Source: Takakia lepidozioides (Eukaryota > Plantae > Bryophyta). Taken from it: 64,000 nt of DNA. Location: positions 17,360,001 through 17,424,000 of the forward strand of contig CM060732.1 in NCBI GenBank assembly GCA_030704615.1. The letters run 5' to 3'. The notes beneath the pieces are model-generated. The model saw nothing but the letters and a program-made list of their open reading frames with translations, searched no databases and was not told where the DNA came from. The position numbers and the translations under genes were made by a program. Shown in pieces: positions 34,063 to 48,111 of this stretch. Within the stretch, counting starts at the first letter, position 1. Every line of letters starts with the position of its first letter.

Positions 34063-35570
34063 TTTGGCGACCATACTGGGGAACTGAGTCATGAACAACC
34101 AGATGTGACAGGCATCTGGTGGATCATGGTGGTTGGACCATTAAAGAATTTGAAGTGAATCAAATTCCCTGTGGAACGAAGGAAGAAAGATTGTCCAAAC
34201 AATTCTTTCAAAGGTTCTTGGAATTGCCGGACGGTTGTAAAGAAAATATTCTTAAGCGAGTGCATGATGCTGATCCGGAATGGGGTCTGGAGAAAGGAGT
34301 GATAAAGATTTATCAGGTAGCCTGTAGAGGAAGAGCACGTTGGTTACCCACGTTGGTTTATGTGATAGCATTGCTATCCATTAAGCGAGAGTTTGAAGGC
34401 TGGGAAGAAAAAAAGGTGAATGTTTATACTCATATGCATGAAGAGCTTGTACTGGTAAAGAATTGGATTCCAAAGGATATTTTGTGGATCAAACTCACAC
34501 CAAGAACAGCTTTTCAGACTTGTTTGCCATATGGTTATATGGTAACGGAGACTTCAAGTATAGCCAAGGGTGCATTGAAGCTAGAAAGAAACCCAGGCAT
34601 ATACGAGAGATATTACAGAAGAGAGTTTTGGTTATTGCCACATTAAAAAATGAAAGACATGGGACATGAGTGATGAAAGAGAAGCTAGACGCCAGAGATA
34701 TTCAGCAAAAAAGAAAGCTATCTGAAAGCTAATTATCCATATCTTTGGGAGAGAGGAATAGACATAGGGGAATCATCTGGACCTCTCACACCATTAAGAT
34801 CAAAGAGTACATCACCCATACCGGAAGAACTAGAGTTGGATGCCACTCCTTCTGTTTCTTTGCAAGAAAGATTAAGGGAATTGGTACAGGAAGAAGATCA
34901 ATCACGAGGTGAAAGATCTGAGGTACATCCCTGGATAAAAGATTTGACGAAATCTTTGATAAGAGTTGGCATGGAACACCAAAAGCAGGAACTCCAGTTT
35001 CTGAAGCAGAAGGTGAAGAAGGAGAAGAGGATGTGGCACAGCCAACGGAGAGTTCAGACTCTCCAACACCATTACAGTTGAGTTACATGAGTGAAGAAGA
35101 AACCCAAGGGCAGAACTTGGAGGATGAAAACAGAGAGAAGAAATTGGAAGAGGAAGACTATGAAGAAGTAGACCCAACAGCTGAGGTTGAGACTACAACC
35201 AGGACATCCCAACCCGTTGGACCTGGATCAAGTGGAGCACTTGGATCACAGGCCAACGAAGGTGTCGGCTCAGGGGATCAGGCGGGCTGCCTGGATCTGG
35301 CTCTGGGGGGACAGGGAGTGTGGGAAGTAGTGCAACTGAAGCTGGGAATACTGTGAATATCGTGGGGCCGGAAGCAGGGAGTGCTCAAGGGCCACCACTT
35401 GGTGGAAGATCCACCACAAAAACAACAGGTCCAGAAGGACCAGCACCAGCAAGGGTGCCAGCACCTGTCAGTGGGCAGAAGGTAGGGCCACAGATGGCGT
35501 TACAACCAACACGGGCAAAAACCACCCTTTCCAATATATTCAGGAAAAGGGGATCCCGATGTACACATTA
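33955..35570 (+). pseudogene. 5' extra ORF or long N-terminal extension upstream of gag, starting at an ATG inside the LTR
   Basis: Frameshifted ORFs 33955, 34119, 34836, 35033 and 35320. The same protein is encoded by the minus-strand subfamily (22487-21999 plus 19651-20138). Confidence 0.7.
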
Positions 35571-38114
35571 GCCAATTTGAGCACATGTGTATAGTGAACA
35601 ATGAGAATGACGATGATGCCAAGATGAGATTGTTTCCTTGTTCACTTATCAAGAAACAGTGAATGGTATGCAAGATTCCCTAATAATCATTTCCTAACCT
35701 GGAATGGCTTGAATACAACATTTCGAAATAGGTTCAGGACAAGTAAAACTGAAGATGAAGTGTATGGAAGTTTACAACAGTTAAAGCAAAAGAAGCATGA
35801 AACTGTTGAGGAGTATATGGAAAAGATGGAATTGATGATGAAAAAGGTGGCTGCAGTACCAGCACCCGGTTTACAGAAGACTTGGTTTGTGAGTGGACTA
35901 AGACTAGAGTTGCAAAAGAAAGTGGATATGTTACCCCATAATACAGTGGAGGAGGCATTTGAAACTGCAAACAGAATTGAGCAATTGGGAATGCTCAGGA
36001 GAGAGAAAAAGGATGATGAGGACTCTGAGGATGAGTCAGATGAAGAAGAAGAGCAAGAACTAAAAAGAAAGAGTAAGAGAAAGGAGAAGTTGAAGAGGGA
36101 TAACTATGAAAAAAGATTGGAAGAAATCTTGAAGAAGTATGCCACAGAGGCTGCAACACATTGGAGGAAGGGTGTATGGTGTGCAAAGTGCCAGAATGAA
36201 GGCCATACCACCACAGAATGCCACCTGAAGGAGAAACACTGTACTATCTGTAAAATGGATAACCATTCTACTGAGAATTGTTACTACAACAGAAGGACAG
36301 CTGCAAGAGAACCTAGGCAAGTAAGGGTGCATCAGGTGCAGCCCCAGCCAAGAAGAAACAATGATCAGGACCACTATGGTAGGTCTGGTGGTTATAACAA
36401 TGGCATGGAAGGGAGAGGTAATTCAAGAGGGAATTACCAAGGAAATTCCAGAGGCAACTATCAGGGTAATCCAAGGGGAATTACCAGCCCGGGAATCAGG
36501 ATTATAGAAGTAATCCAAGAACAGACCAAGGGCGAGGACCCAATGGTGAAGAACTATGTTACTATTGTAATCAGCCAGGACATCGCAAGGCAGCCTGTTC
36601 ATTCTGGATAAGACACCAGAATGAGATGAGAGCTCCTGTGAATGAGGGCCCAGTGGTGGCAGCTCACATGGTTAGGTCATGTGTTGTACCAAAAGTAAGT
36701 ACAATGATAGTAACCAGAAGTAAAGCCAAACTAATACCTCCAGTAGTAGAGGAAAAAGATGATAATGAAGGTGACAATGATATGCCTGAAGATGAAGAGA
36801 CTTGGAAAGATGAGAAGGAACTGCACAAGGAAGTGGCAGATACTATAAGGGAAATGCAAAAGAGTACTGATATTCCTGTGGCAGATTCCTCTGATTCGGA
36901 TGGAGAAAAAGAAGGGAATGAGGAAGAAAGGAAAAAAGAAGATGCAGACATGCAAAGTAATGAAGAGACTTTGGCTGAAGTAATATGTCAGACCAAAGCA
37001 GAAATTACCATTGGACAGCTATTAGCTGTGGCACCTTATTATAGGCACAGGCTGTATCAAGCAATCAATCGAATTGCCCAAGAGACAGGAAACACAGACC
37101 TGAACAGCAAGGTGACCAGTTATAATGTGAAGCCGGAAGGGCGAGAAACAGTCATGGACTTTGATGATTCTATGCCAGTAATCCAATTGAGAATTGGAAG
37201 CACAGAACTAACTGATGTACTGATAGATGGTGGTTCTGGAATAAATATCATGACAGACCAATTAAGGAAGAAGCTTGGTCTAAGTAACATGAAACCAGCC
37301 CCATTTACAGTAACAATGGCAGATCAAAGAAGTGTACAGCCATTGGGATTAATAAGAGGAGTTAAGATACAGATACAGAAGATGATCTTTATGATCACAG
37401 TAACTGTATTAAAAATGGATGAAGTCATGGAGGCTTACTCCTTATTATTGGGACGTCCGTGGCTGAAACAGGCCAGGGTATTCCATGACTGGAATTCTCA
37501 GTTACTAACCGTGCATAATGGGATACACGAGATACAAATTACCACAAAGAAATCTAGTAGATTACCTGCTACAAGAAGACCTCGAGGAGTCAGAGAGTAT
37601 GACTGGAAAGGAGGACTGGATGAGGAGCAGGAAGCTACCCTATTTGCTGCACACCCAGAGTGGGAGCAGGTTGCAGAGATGCGGCTGGAAAGCCTAAGTT
37701 GTTTGAGGGGTATCTGCTGTGGTGTAGTGACAGCAACACCAACTGAAGAAGAAACCAGCATTTACCCATCACATTTCTATGAAGAAAGAGAAGGAGAAAT
37801 AGAAATCCTAGAAGAACCAGCCACTGTGAGCTTACAGGATGAAGTGGTGACTGGTTGGACAATCACAGCTGATGAGCAGGTGAGGGAAGTGAATGTGGGA
37901 ACTAAAGAGGAACCGAGGATGGTGAAAGTAGGAGCTGATTTGGAGCCGGAATTCTTCGAAGAAGCTAAAAGCTTGTTCATCAAATACAGAGATGTATTTC
38001 CTTGGAGCTATGAGGATCTAAAAGGGATACCACCTGAAGTCTGTCAGCATAAGATTGAACTGGAACCAGGGTCAGTACCAATCAAGCAGGCGAGGTACAG
38101 AATGAATCCCAACT
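35570..38114 (+). CDS. Gag-protease-start of RT (frameshifted; interrupted at 38114)
   Basis: ORFs 35709-36611 and 36626-38116, near-identical to 12572-15103. Confidence 0.92.
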
Positions 38115-40870
38115 GAAGTGATCTTAAGCTTTGAAGTGCAAATGATGTGACCACATGTGGAACCTCTTGTATATGAATTTATTTTAACACGACACTTTGC
38201 ATGAACAATGTGTATGTTGTCAGGAAGCTTGGGAATCGGTAACAGATTGAAAAAAAAATTGTATCAAGGCCAATCGGCAGTGTTTACATCTACAGATCAT
38301 GTACATGGCAATGACATGGTTTTTGGCCAACTAGGAATTTTTTAGAACGTGAAACTTTCCATGCACAATCTATATAGGGTCCTTTACCATGCGCCAAAAA
38401 ATCACATCGAAGAAAATTGATGTCAATGCTATTTCATAAGTTTAGCACCGCTTTGTATCATGATACGGACATGGTATGGACAATTGTGTACATAGCGTGG
38501 ATATTTGTGCACATTGTAAAGACGTTTGTGTACTCTAATAGCTAAGAAGAAAAGTGACCAGTTGATGGAAAATGTCAGAATGTGCAGAAAAGGAGGGTGA
38601 AGGAAGTTTTGTGTACTTGGGTAGTATAGGGTGGTTGATTATTTGGTTTAGGGTGGGTAGTTTAGGGTGGTTGGTTAGTTAGTTTATAGAGGTTGGTTAC
38701 TTTTGGTTAGTTTTGTGTGTACTAGTTTACATTGTGCTTTTCATTGGTTTTTCCTTTTTTCTACATGTGGAATGGAGTTGTTTTGGGTTAAGCATTTCTG
38801 TGACCAAAGTATTCGTTGACTGTGCTGAGTTGACAGTGACATGGAAACTAATGGAAACTACAGAAACTAAAACTATAAGAAACAAAGTAAACTAAAGTAA
38901 AGAAAGCTATCGGACTAGAACTACTTAGAAGCCTGAGAGACGAAACAACGAGCTGAAGAAAACCAAGGACAGACACAGTTTGGAAGTTTGTCAATTCCTC
39001 TTGGACGGCTGAGCTTCATGACTAGATCGGCTGAAAGGGTTCTAGTTTCTTCCTCGGAAATCTTTCTTTAACTATCCTTGGTGCAAGGCATTCAATGGCA
39101 TGCCATTTCAATCAGATAATGGTGAAGCAGGGTCATAACACTGGAGTGAGCCCCTCACAAAGGTAGTCTCTGTTACCTTCTGTACTTATGCACAGGGTCC
39201 ATGGCCCCAAGGCTACAGCAAAACATTCATAATTGCTATATGCATGAGGTCTAATTGCTATGTGCATGAAGTGTTCACTCTTGCACATCAGATTGACTAA
39301 GACTCTACTGCACCCAACAGGTTGTCAATCACGTCCTTTATTCAGAATGGAAACCAAATGACATCATCATGTTGTAGACCCTTACCCATGCGGGCATTGA
39401 AGTCACCCAGCAAAAATACGTACAATAGCATTGGCACAGAACTTAGCAGTCCAAACAGGGATCCCTCAGTTTAACCCTTAATATATTGTCCACAAAGAGG
39501 TCCTTATTGCTGATGACACATTTTAAATTTACTCCCAGCCATATACTATGTTCATGCTGAAGGTCCCTTTTGATACATTCACAATTATCAGTCAAGAAAT
39601 CGCAGACAAAGGTACCAACACCCTTTTGACCATGCTTTGCACCCAACAGACTGTCAAGCTTGTCCTCTATTCAGAATGGAATACTACAGACATCATCATG
39701 CTATAAACCCTTACCCACGCGGGCATTGACGTCACCTAGCAAGACTACATGACATTTGTCACAGAACTAAGCAGTCTACCTTCTAAGAAGCCCTTGACAT
39801 CTTTGACAAACAGGGATCCCTTAGTTGGCATGTAGATATAGAATTTAGTCCCAGCCACATCCTCTGCTCATACTGAAGGTTCCCTTTGATAATTTTACAA
39901 TTATCAATGAAGAAATTGCAGACAAAGGTACCACCACAAATGTGGATAAGATTTGCTTGCAGAATTTGAACTTAGAGCCATGGCCTGAGGTGTCTTGCTC
40001 CTGATTCAGCACTGCACCTACTCAATCCACAAGCAGTTATTAGCTATCATCTGCCTTCTGCCCTGTTGGGCTACAATTCATGTCCAATCAGACAGCACAA
40101 TTTCACTTGACAAAGAATCATAGAGATTGCAGGGTGAGCTCCACTTTGCATACATCAAAACTATGACATACACTGCCCCTAGACCAACAAGAAACAACAA
40201 GAAACAACAATACTCACATAATCATCTTCCACTTCCAGAGATGCAAGTACCGATTTGATTCCACATAGCACATCTTCTGACAGCTCGTACACAATGTCAT
40301 TTCCACTTGCCCTGTACTGTTTGGGGGGCATGAGGAACTTCACCGCACGCACTAGATGTGCATGCATATAAACAACATGAGAATTTTTTAATAGAATGTA
40401 AGATGATTCACCACTTCTGATGATGTTAATGTGAATGAGACCGAGGCCTGGTCACCGAGAGATGAGAGGTCGCCCAGCTCTCTAGATAGTTGCGATCCAG
40501 AGTACTATAATTTTGATAATTTCTATGATCCAAGTCCTGATTACGAGTGTCCGAGAGAACGAGAGAGAGAGTTTTGAGAGGGATGTTGAGCGCTCTCAGG
40601 AGTATGATGAGTCTCTAGGAGATTTGCTTCCGGAGGATGTGCAGTGGTTTGAAAAGTTTGAAGCATCTGTTCGAGAGGATGCTCGTCGTCTGAACAGTCA
40701 TCACGAAGCGATTTTTGTGCGACCTGGGTTTTGTTCTGATTTTGGGAGAGAGAGTGCGTTATGCCAGACCCGAGCCGTCGTGGCTGTCAGGAACTCCCTG
40801 CGCTTGCGGCCAGAAGTATTCAAGGCTTGTTTTCTTCATCATCGGCAGGTGGCCTGGGAAGCGCTCAGGC
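38115..40870. other. 2.76 kb mosaic insertion without TSD inside RT
   Basis: Replaces 12 nt (ACGCACAGAAGG) present in the 15100 copy. Contains two degenerate LINE endonuclease fragments (~39320-39935, minus strand) and unrelated coding-like pieces. Confidence 0.85.
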
Positions 40871-43800
40871 TTGGAGAAGAGATAAAGAAGTTGGCTGAGG
40901 CTAAGTTTATATATCCAATAGAGTATACAACTTGGTTGTCACCCATAGTGATAATTCCCAAGAATAATGGTAAACTAAGAGTTTATGTGAACTACAAGAA
41001 GCTGAATGCTTGTACGAAGAAAGATCCTTTCCCTTTGCCATTCACAGAAGCAGTATTAGACACTGTGGCAGGCCATGAGATGTACTCATTCATGGATGGG
41101 TTCAATGGTTATAATCAAGTGCAAGTGGTAGAAGAAGATCAAGGAAAAACAGCTTTCATCATAGACTGGGGGGCTTATGCATACAAAGTCATGCCCTTTG
41201 GACTTTGTAATGCACCAGCGACCTTTCAGAGAGTGATAAGTGAATCTTTTCATGAGTATCTGGATGATTTCATGCATGTATTCTTGGATGATTTCAGTGT
41301 GTACAGCTCTAAGGATGAGCACTTGCATAAATTGGAGTTATGTTTGGCCAGATGCAGGATGAGAGGTCTGGGCCTGAATCCAGAGAAGTGTACTTTCTGT
41401 GTGAACTCAGGGGTGCTGCTGGGACACATTGTGTGTAAGAAGGGACTCCTTGTGGATCCCAGGAAGACAGAAGCCATTAAAGCCTCTCCACCACCATTGA
41501 ATTTTAAGAATCTAAGGAGATTCCTTGGGCAAACCAGTTATTACAGAAGATTTGTAAAAAGGTATGCACAAATAGCAGCACCATTGAGCAAACTACTGAA
41601 GAAAGATGCAGTGTTTGCCTGGACAGCTGAATGTCAACAGGCGTTTGAGGAACATAAACTGTTAGTAACAACTACACCGGTGCTGATTAACCCTCACTGG
41701 CATGTAGTATTTCATGTTCACTGCGATGCATCAGGAGAAGCGTTGGGAGCGGTGTTAGCCCAGAATGTTACAGGGAATATAGATTCACCTGTGTACTATG
41801 CTAGCCGGTTGATGAACAGTGCTGAGAGGAACTATAGCACAACGGAAAGAGAAGCATTAGCAATGATCTATGCAGTGAAGAAATTCAGGCATTACCTGTT
41901 GGGCAAGAAGTTTATGTTCTATGTGGATCACCAGGCTCTGATATACCTGTTAAACAAACCTCTGATAAGCGGAAGAATAGCAAGATGGTTGATAATCTTG
42001 CACGAGTTTGAGTTCGAGGTTGTTTACAAGCCTGGGAGACTGCATCTTGTGGCGGATCATTTGTCACGGTTATCAACAGGAGAACCAGCCACAGGAATAG
42101 ATGATCAATTACCAGATGCGAGTCTCTTTGCAGTGGAGGTGCAGGGAAGTGCAGATGACTGGTTAGATTGGCAGTGGCCAATCAGATACTACCTTGCTCA
42201 TGGTCAGTGCCCACCTAGTTATGGTAAGGAGCAGAGAAAGAGAATCGCTATCAAAGCTTTACCTTATACTATGGTAGGAAGCAGAATGTATAAGCTAGGA
42301 CCTGATGGAGTACTAAAACGATGCTTGTACCACCATGAAGTAAATAAAGTTTTGGAGGAAGTTCATAAAGGAGTGGCTGGAGGTCATTTTGGAGAAGAGA
42401 CTACAAGTAGGAAGATACTACTCGCAGGTTACTGGTGGCCTACTTTGTTCAAAGATGTACACGAGTATTGTCAGAGTTGTGATGAATGTCAGAGGCTAGG
42501 ACCTTTGCAGAGATCTGGAAGGATGGCCTTACATCCTACAATGCCTACGGAACCATTTCAGAAATGGGGACTAGACTTTGTTGGACCGATAAACCCACCA
42601 GCCAAGAATACACGGAACAAGTACATAATTACAGCCACTGATTATACTACAAAGTGGATGGAAGCTAAAGCTTTGAGGGACAACACAGCCAAGTCCACAG
42701 CAAGGTTCCTGTATGAGAACATACTTACACGATTTGGCTGTCCCTTAGAATTTATCAGTGATCAAGGAAGTCACTTCATGAATGAGACCATTGAGTTGTT
42801 GACTAAAGAGTTCATGATTGTGCATAGAAAGAGTACAACATATTACCCACAGGGTAATGGGCAAGCAGAGGCTACCAACAAAATACTATGTACTATCTTG
42901 GCTAAGATAGTCAATGCAAACAGAACGGATTGGGATACAAAGCTGCTGACAGCTTTGTGGTCATACAGGACTTCATACAAAGTCACCACTAAGTATACAC
43001 CATTCCAATTAGTTTATGGTATGGAAGCCTTATTTCCAGTGGAATTCCTGTTACCTACCATGAGAACGGAGTGGGGAAAGAGAATGGAATTGCAAGATTC
43101 CATTAAGGTCAGGAAACATGAATTATACCATGTGGAAGAAGTACGTGCTGATGCAGCTGATAATATGACCAGAATTCAGATGAAGAGAAAGGAACAGTTT
43201 GATGAAGGCAAGTTAAAGACTTTTAAGACGGGGGATTTGGTTCTATGGTTGCAGAAAAAGGGAAAGATTAAAGCTTCTAAGCTTAAATCACCATGGAAAG
43301 GACCTTATGTCATACAAAAGATGTATGATAACAACACCGCCATGTTACAAACCATTAACAAAGAAATGCTGGGAAGAGTCAATGCCAATAAGTTGAAGGG
43401 GTACAGTGGTATCCATGACAAACCATTGCAGCATGATTTGCATGTTGAAACGCAAGAGCAGTCACGGGCTGCACCAGTGTTACCAACGGAGTATGGAGCA
43501 CTTGTAGCTAGGCCAAGCATATATGACCAGGGCGGGCGGACAAGGCGAAGCACAGTCTATCACAGCCCATCAAGGCGAAACACAGCCTATCACAGCCCAT
43601 CACAACGTGACACAGCCTATCACAGCCCAGCACGGCACAACACAGCCTATCACAACCTACCACCGCGTGTCACAGCCTATCACAGCTTACCACAGTACAA
43701 CACAGCCTATTACAACCTACCACAGCATGTCACAGCCTATCACAGCTTACCACAGTGCATCACAGCCTATCACAGCGTACCAAAGTATGACACAGCCTGT

Positions 43801-44157
43801 CACAGCTCAACACAGCCTACTAGGGTTACACGATCCATAGAATCAGTGACAGGTGGACGCATAATAACTTCAGGAAAATGGCTGATGGAAGAAAAAACGG
43901 AAACTAGTTTAAAAATAGACACGTGGAAGTCAGGGCGCGACACACAGCTGAGAAGGAAGTGCAAGAACAGGTGTCATAAAGAAAGAGGACAAGAACGGCC
44001 GTCAAAAAAGATGAAAGGCGGGCCCATTAATGAATACGGAAAAAGGGAAACGGAACGAACGGCAAGTACAGAAAAGCGAAATTCTTGTCACATGTGTGAT
44101 CCTAGTGGACTATCTAGCAGGGAAAGTCCACTAAAGAAAATAAAATCTAAAATCTAG
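40871..44157 (+). CDS. Pol RT-RNase H-integrase, open through a 30-bp tandem repeat (43540-43810)
   Basis: Part of ORF 40513-44157; all catalytic motifs are present. Confidence 0.95.
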
Positions 44158-44214
44158 TCACAGCGGATACAGCCAATAGAAAACCAGAGAAATGATCAAG
44201 AAAATGGAGGGAAA

Positions 44215-47200
44215 TTGAGCGCAAGAGGCGGCGTCGTTCTGAGTAACGGGCGTCTCGGCGGGACAGACCATCAATGCTATAGCTTGGAAACTATGGAGGA
44301 ACTAACAGACTATACGCTCGCAATATTACTTACGCAGTGGCATAGACACGAAAGAACAGAGCGGAGTTTTTCTCTTGAGCGATGCTTGCAAGCCCCGCAG
44401 GCTTACAAGAAATTACCCATAGCTTTCTGTGGCAACCATACGTTTATGCTTTGTGCACTACAGGCATTTCTGCAGTTGTTACAGCCAAAATATTTCTGTG
44501 AGTCTAAAATGAAGAGAGTGAGAGGAATGGAGGAAATCAGGGTGAAGAGCACCACAATTCTGCAGAAACAAACGATTGCTACCCCACAGGCGATACAAAT
44601 ACTGAAGGAGCTTAGATTGCAAGGATTGCAAAGCATAGATTGGACATTACACCATAGACAGTACATGTTACAATTTTTGCAGAACTTTGAGCCAAGGACA
44701 AGAACAACAACGGTGAAGGGAGTTGAATTAGTGATTACTCCCCTATACCTCCAGCAATTGTTTCGATTGCCAGCAGGTCAGGTGCATGTGGAGGAACACA
44801 GGGCAAGACTGCAAATATGGGACTTATTCCAAGAAGGGAGTTTCTTTAAAACTCAGGATTATGCTTGTACCAAGGCTGTGTACCCAGGGCTAAAGGAGGT
44901 AGGCCATGTATTGAACGTTCTGATTGCCATGAAACAGAACCAACAGTATTTGAGCAGATCCTTCATGGAGGAAATACTCAAAGCCCTGAAGGGACAAGAG
45001 GTACAATGGGCGGACATAATGTACAACGCACTGGTGGAGGAGATGAAAAGATTACAAGGTACTACCGCAAAGTCTCCTATCATAGTGTCTGGCCCAATCA
45101 TTGCTCAAATAATTCTTGATTCTGGCATACTTGATGCGCAAGAAAGAAAGGAGATGTGATTGTTTGAACCAGAAACCACTGCAATGGAAGAGCAAGGCTC
45201 TTCACACAGTGAGGGTGGACTAGCAGGGCAACCCGAGACTAAGAGGCAGAGACGGGGAAAGACTGTAGTGGCGGATCCACTGGCTTCACGGATTCCGCAT
45301 GATAATGTTTCCCAAGCTCATGTGCAGGAAAGGGCACAGCAGCACAGAGAAATGCTATTACTGGAAGCAGGACCTTCAGAGAGGGAGGAGGAAGTTACTT
45401 CAGTATCACAACCATCACAGCCAGCTGATCGGCTTGTCACAAGGTCACAAGTTGTCCATGCAGCTCAACCAGAAATAATTGATTTGGAAAGAGAAGGGTT
45501 AGATATTCCAACAACAGAACAGATAGTGGCAGAAATGGAGAAGGAGGACCTTCTCTATGAATATTCTGGTCTGGTCAAGGAGACAGAGATTCCAGAGGTG
45601 CAACAGTTGCCCAAGGGAAATCCTGTGTCGGAGGTACCACAGGCGGAAGGTCATGACACTGTAGCACCGGTGATAGATGAAGTGGTTCAGGAAGAAAATC
45701 CGGTGGGACAATGGCCTGAGTGGTTCGTGAGACATCACACTGTTGAGGATCAGGAGGAACAGCAGCAACCTCACCATGATGACCCTCAACAGGCAATGCT
45801 GATGAGTTCCATAGGCAGGACACTTAATTTGTTGGGGACTTATGTCAAATCCCATGTTCCAACTACCCAATTGACAGCTTTGAGAGAGGAACTCAGGAAG
45901 GAGTTTGAAGCTCGACTAGCCACTGAGTGTGCAAACAAGGTCGATGAAGAGCTCACTCTCAAGATGCAGCAAGACTTGGTGAATACAGAAGCGGCTTTGC
46001 AATTGGCCAAGGAACAATTGATTGAGGCAGACCTCGCGCAAGACCAGTTGCACGAAGCACATAAGCAACAGCTATACCAAATGCAGGTGCAGCATGAAAG
46101 CAAGTTGCAAGAAGTGAATGCACTACATACGGAGTTGCAGACAGTGCATGACAGGATGGCGATACAATGTGCTACATTCACAACTATGCTTGACCAATCT
46201 ACAAAAGAAATAAACAGTCAAGCGGAAAAATGTACAAAGGCAGAAGAAGAGAATGAAACTCATTGTCGATATGAAACTCATATGAGTAAATGTTGAGTAA
46301 ATGAAACTCATTGTTGATATGAAGAATACAATCTGTCGCAATGAGGATACTTTCAAGCAATACAGGCAAGTTGAAGCTGATCAAGAGAAGCACATCGTGG
46401 AGTTGCAACAAACGCTCATGGCCAATAGAACTGAAATCACGGTCACTAACAAGGCTTGGAAGGAAGCTAATAATCTACTTGCTCCTTATGCAAATTTGGT
46501 TGAACCTCATGCAAAGTGCATGGAGGCTTTACAACAGCAGTTAGAAGTATACAAGCTAAGAGAGGAGCAAACTCTCAGGGGAACCACAAGCAACATGGTG
46601 GATAACAGCCTTATGCAGGTCTGGTTAGCATAAGGGCCAGTAGAGGGCAAAGCACCACGAAAGCTCACCCAAAACGAGATGAATGAGCTCAGACTACAAG
46701 TGCAGAACATTGCCACAACTACTATAGACAATGTCTATAGTAGGATAGCAGAGTTACAGGAGGATGTAGACGGACTGCAGACTCAAGTGGAGGACCTCAC
46801 TTCAAACATCGACAAAAGAGTCTATATCCCTCAGGAACAGCTAATGGCTTCTTATTTACAAGCCAGAACTTTGGCTTTTCAGTCTTTACAGGAGGTGCAG
46901 GAGATGCCAATGATACAAGAGCCAGTACCACCAACACCACAACAAGTCACTGTACCAGTAGCTGAACCTGTTGTTACTACAACCACACCACAGCCACCAC
47001 AGCCTGAGGTATGGGGCAATGCTGCTTTTAACCCACCTAAAACTCCAGCTGCAAGGGAGTACAGTAGGGCTATGATTATGCCCTTCAACCAAATTCCCAT
47101 CATGTTGGATTTGGCTTAGAAAGAATTTAGTCCTCCGCAGTCATTCGCACATTACTACCAAATCATGCGCATTTGGCTGCCAGTGGCAACTAGGACTAAA

Positions 47201-48073
47201 GTTCTTCCGAACAATCGACCAATTGAGGATCATCACTTTGCACAGTACTGGCACGAGGCAGGTACCATGTTGAGGGAATTAATTGCTTTCCAGGTTGTAC
47301 TTGGACTCATTTATACCAAGACCAAGGAGGTAGCAAGTATTGTCATGGGATGCGGGTTATACTACGCCGCTTGTTTTCTGGTACGTTATCACATTGAGCA
47401 ACAAAAGATGCAAGCACGTTTTCTGAGTTATTCCAGTGGGGATCATTGGGTATTACCTTCGGTGCCACCTCATATGTACCTATATGACGCAAAAGTTATG
47501 ATGCAAAAGGATTCTCAAATTCGTTCATGGTTTCAAGCGGCCTGGAACAATTTGTCAACACAGAAATTCGGCATTGATGATATTTTCTATAAGGGACATG
47601 TGGCATGGAAATACTTGCACGCTGCACCAGTAATTGGTACCCAACTCACCTGGACAGACAAGGAGCTCAGTGTCTACACCAATTTTGCTATTCAGCGGTT
47701 ACACCAAGTTGTAAAATATAAACTTCCAGACATGGTAGGACAACATTGTATGCCCCAGAGGATTCCACAAAAACTTCGGAAATTAAAACACCTGAGAGGC
47801 GATGAGGATTCTGATACAACTGTTTCTTCACCGAATTCTTTTGACATGGGAGAAGACTATGCAATTCAGATGGCAGAGAAGAAGCGACGGGGGTCTCCTA
47901 TGCCTGAACGGTTACCTCAATATCAGCCTCCAGAGGGCCTCACTTATCCAGGTAGTGATCAACCATCTCCGTCAACCAGAGACAGACCTCGGGCTCGTAC
48001 ACACAGTCCGCCACGAAACTCTCAACGTCAGAAAGGTGCTCACTCACAAACGTTTGCTAATCGCAATCAGTAA
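44215..48073 (+). pseudogene. 3' extra ORF in the env-like position: plant mobile-element-type N-terminal domain, coiled coil and a conserved C-terminal domain; interrupted
   Basis: Five ORFs in only two frames, separated by three point stops and one small duplication near 46255-46320. Motif QFLQNF....TVKG..LVITP..LQQLFRLP...VQWAD. Confidence 0.8.
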
Positions 48074-48111
48074 ACCGTGAGGACACGGCTTTTTAAGAGG
48101 GGAAGGGGTAA

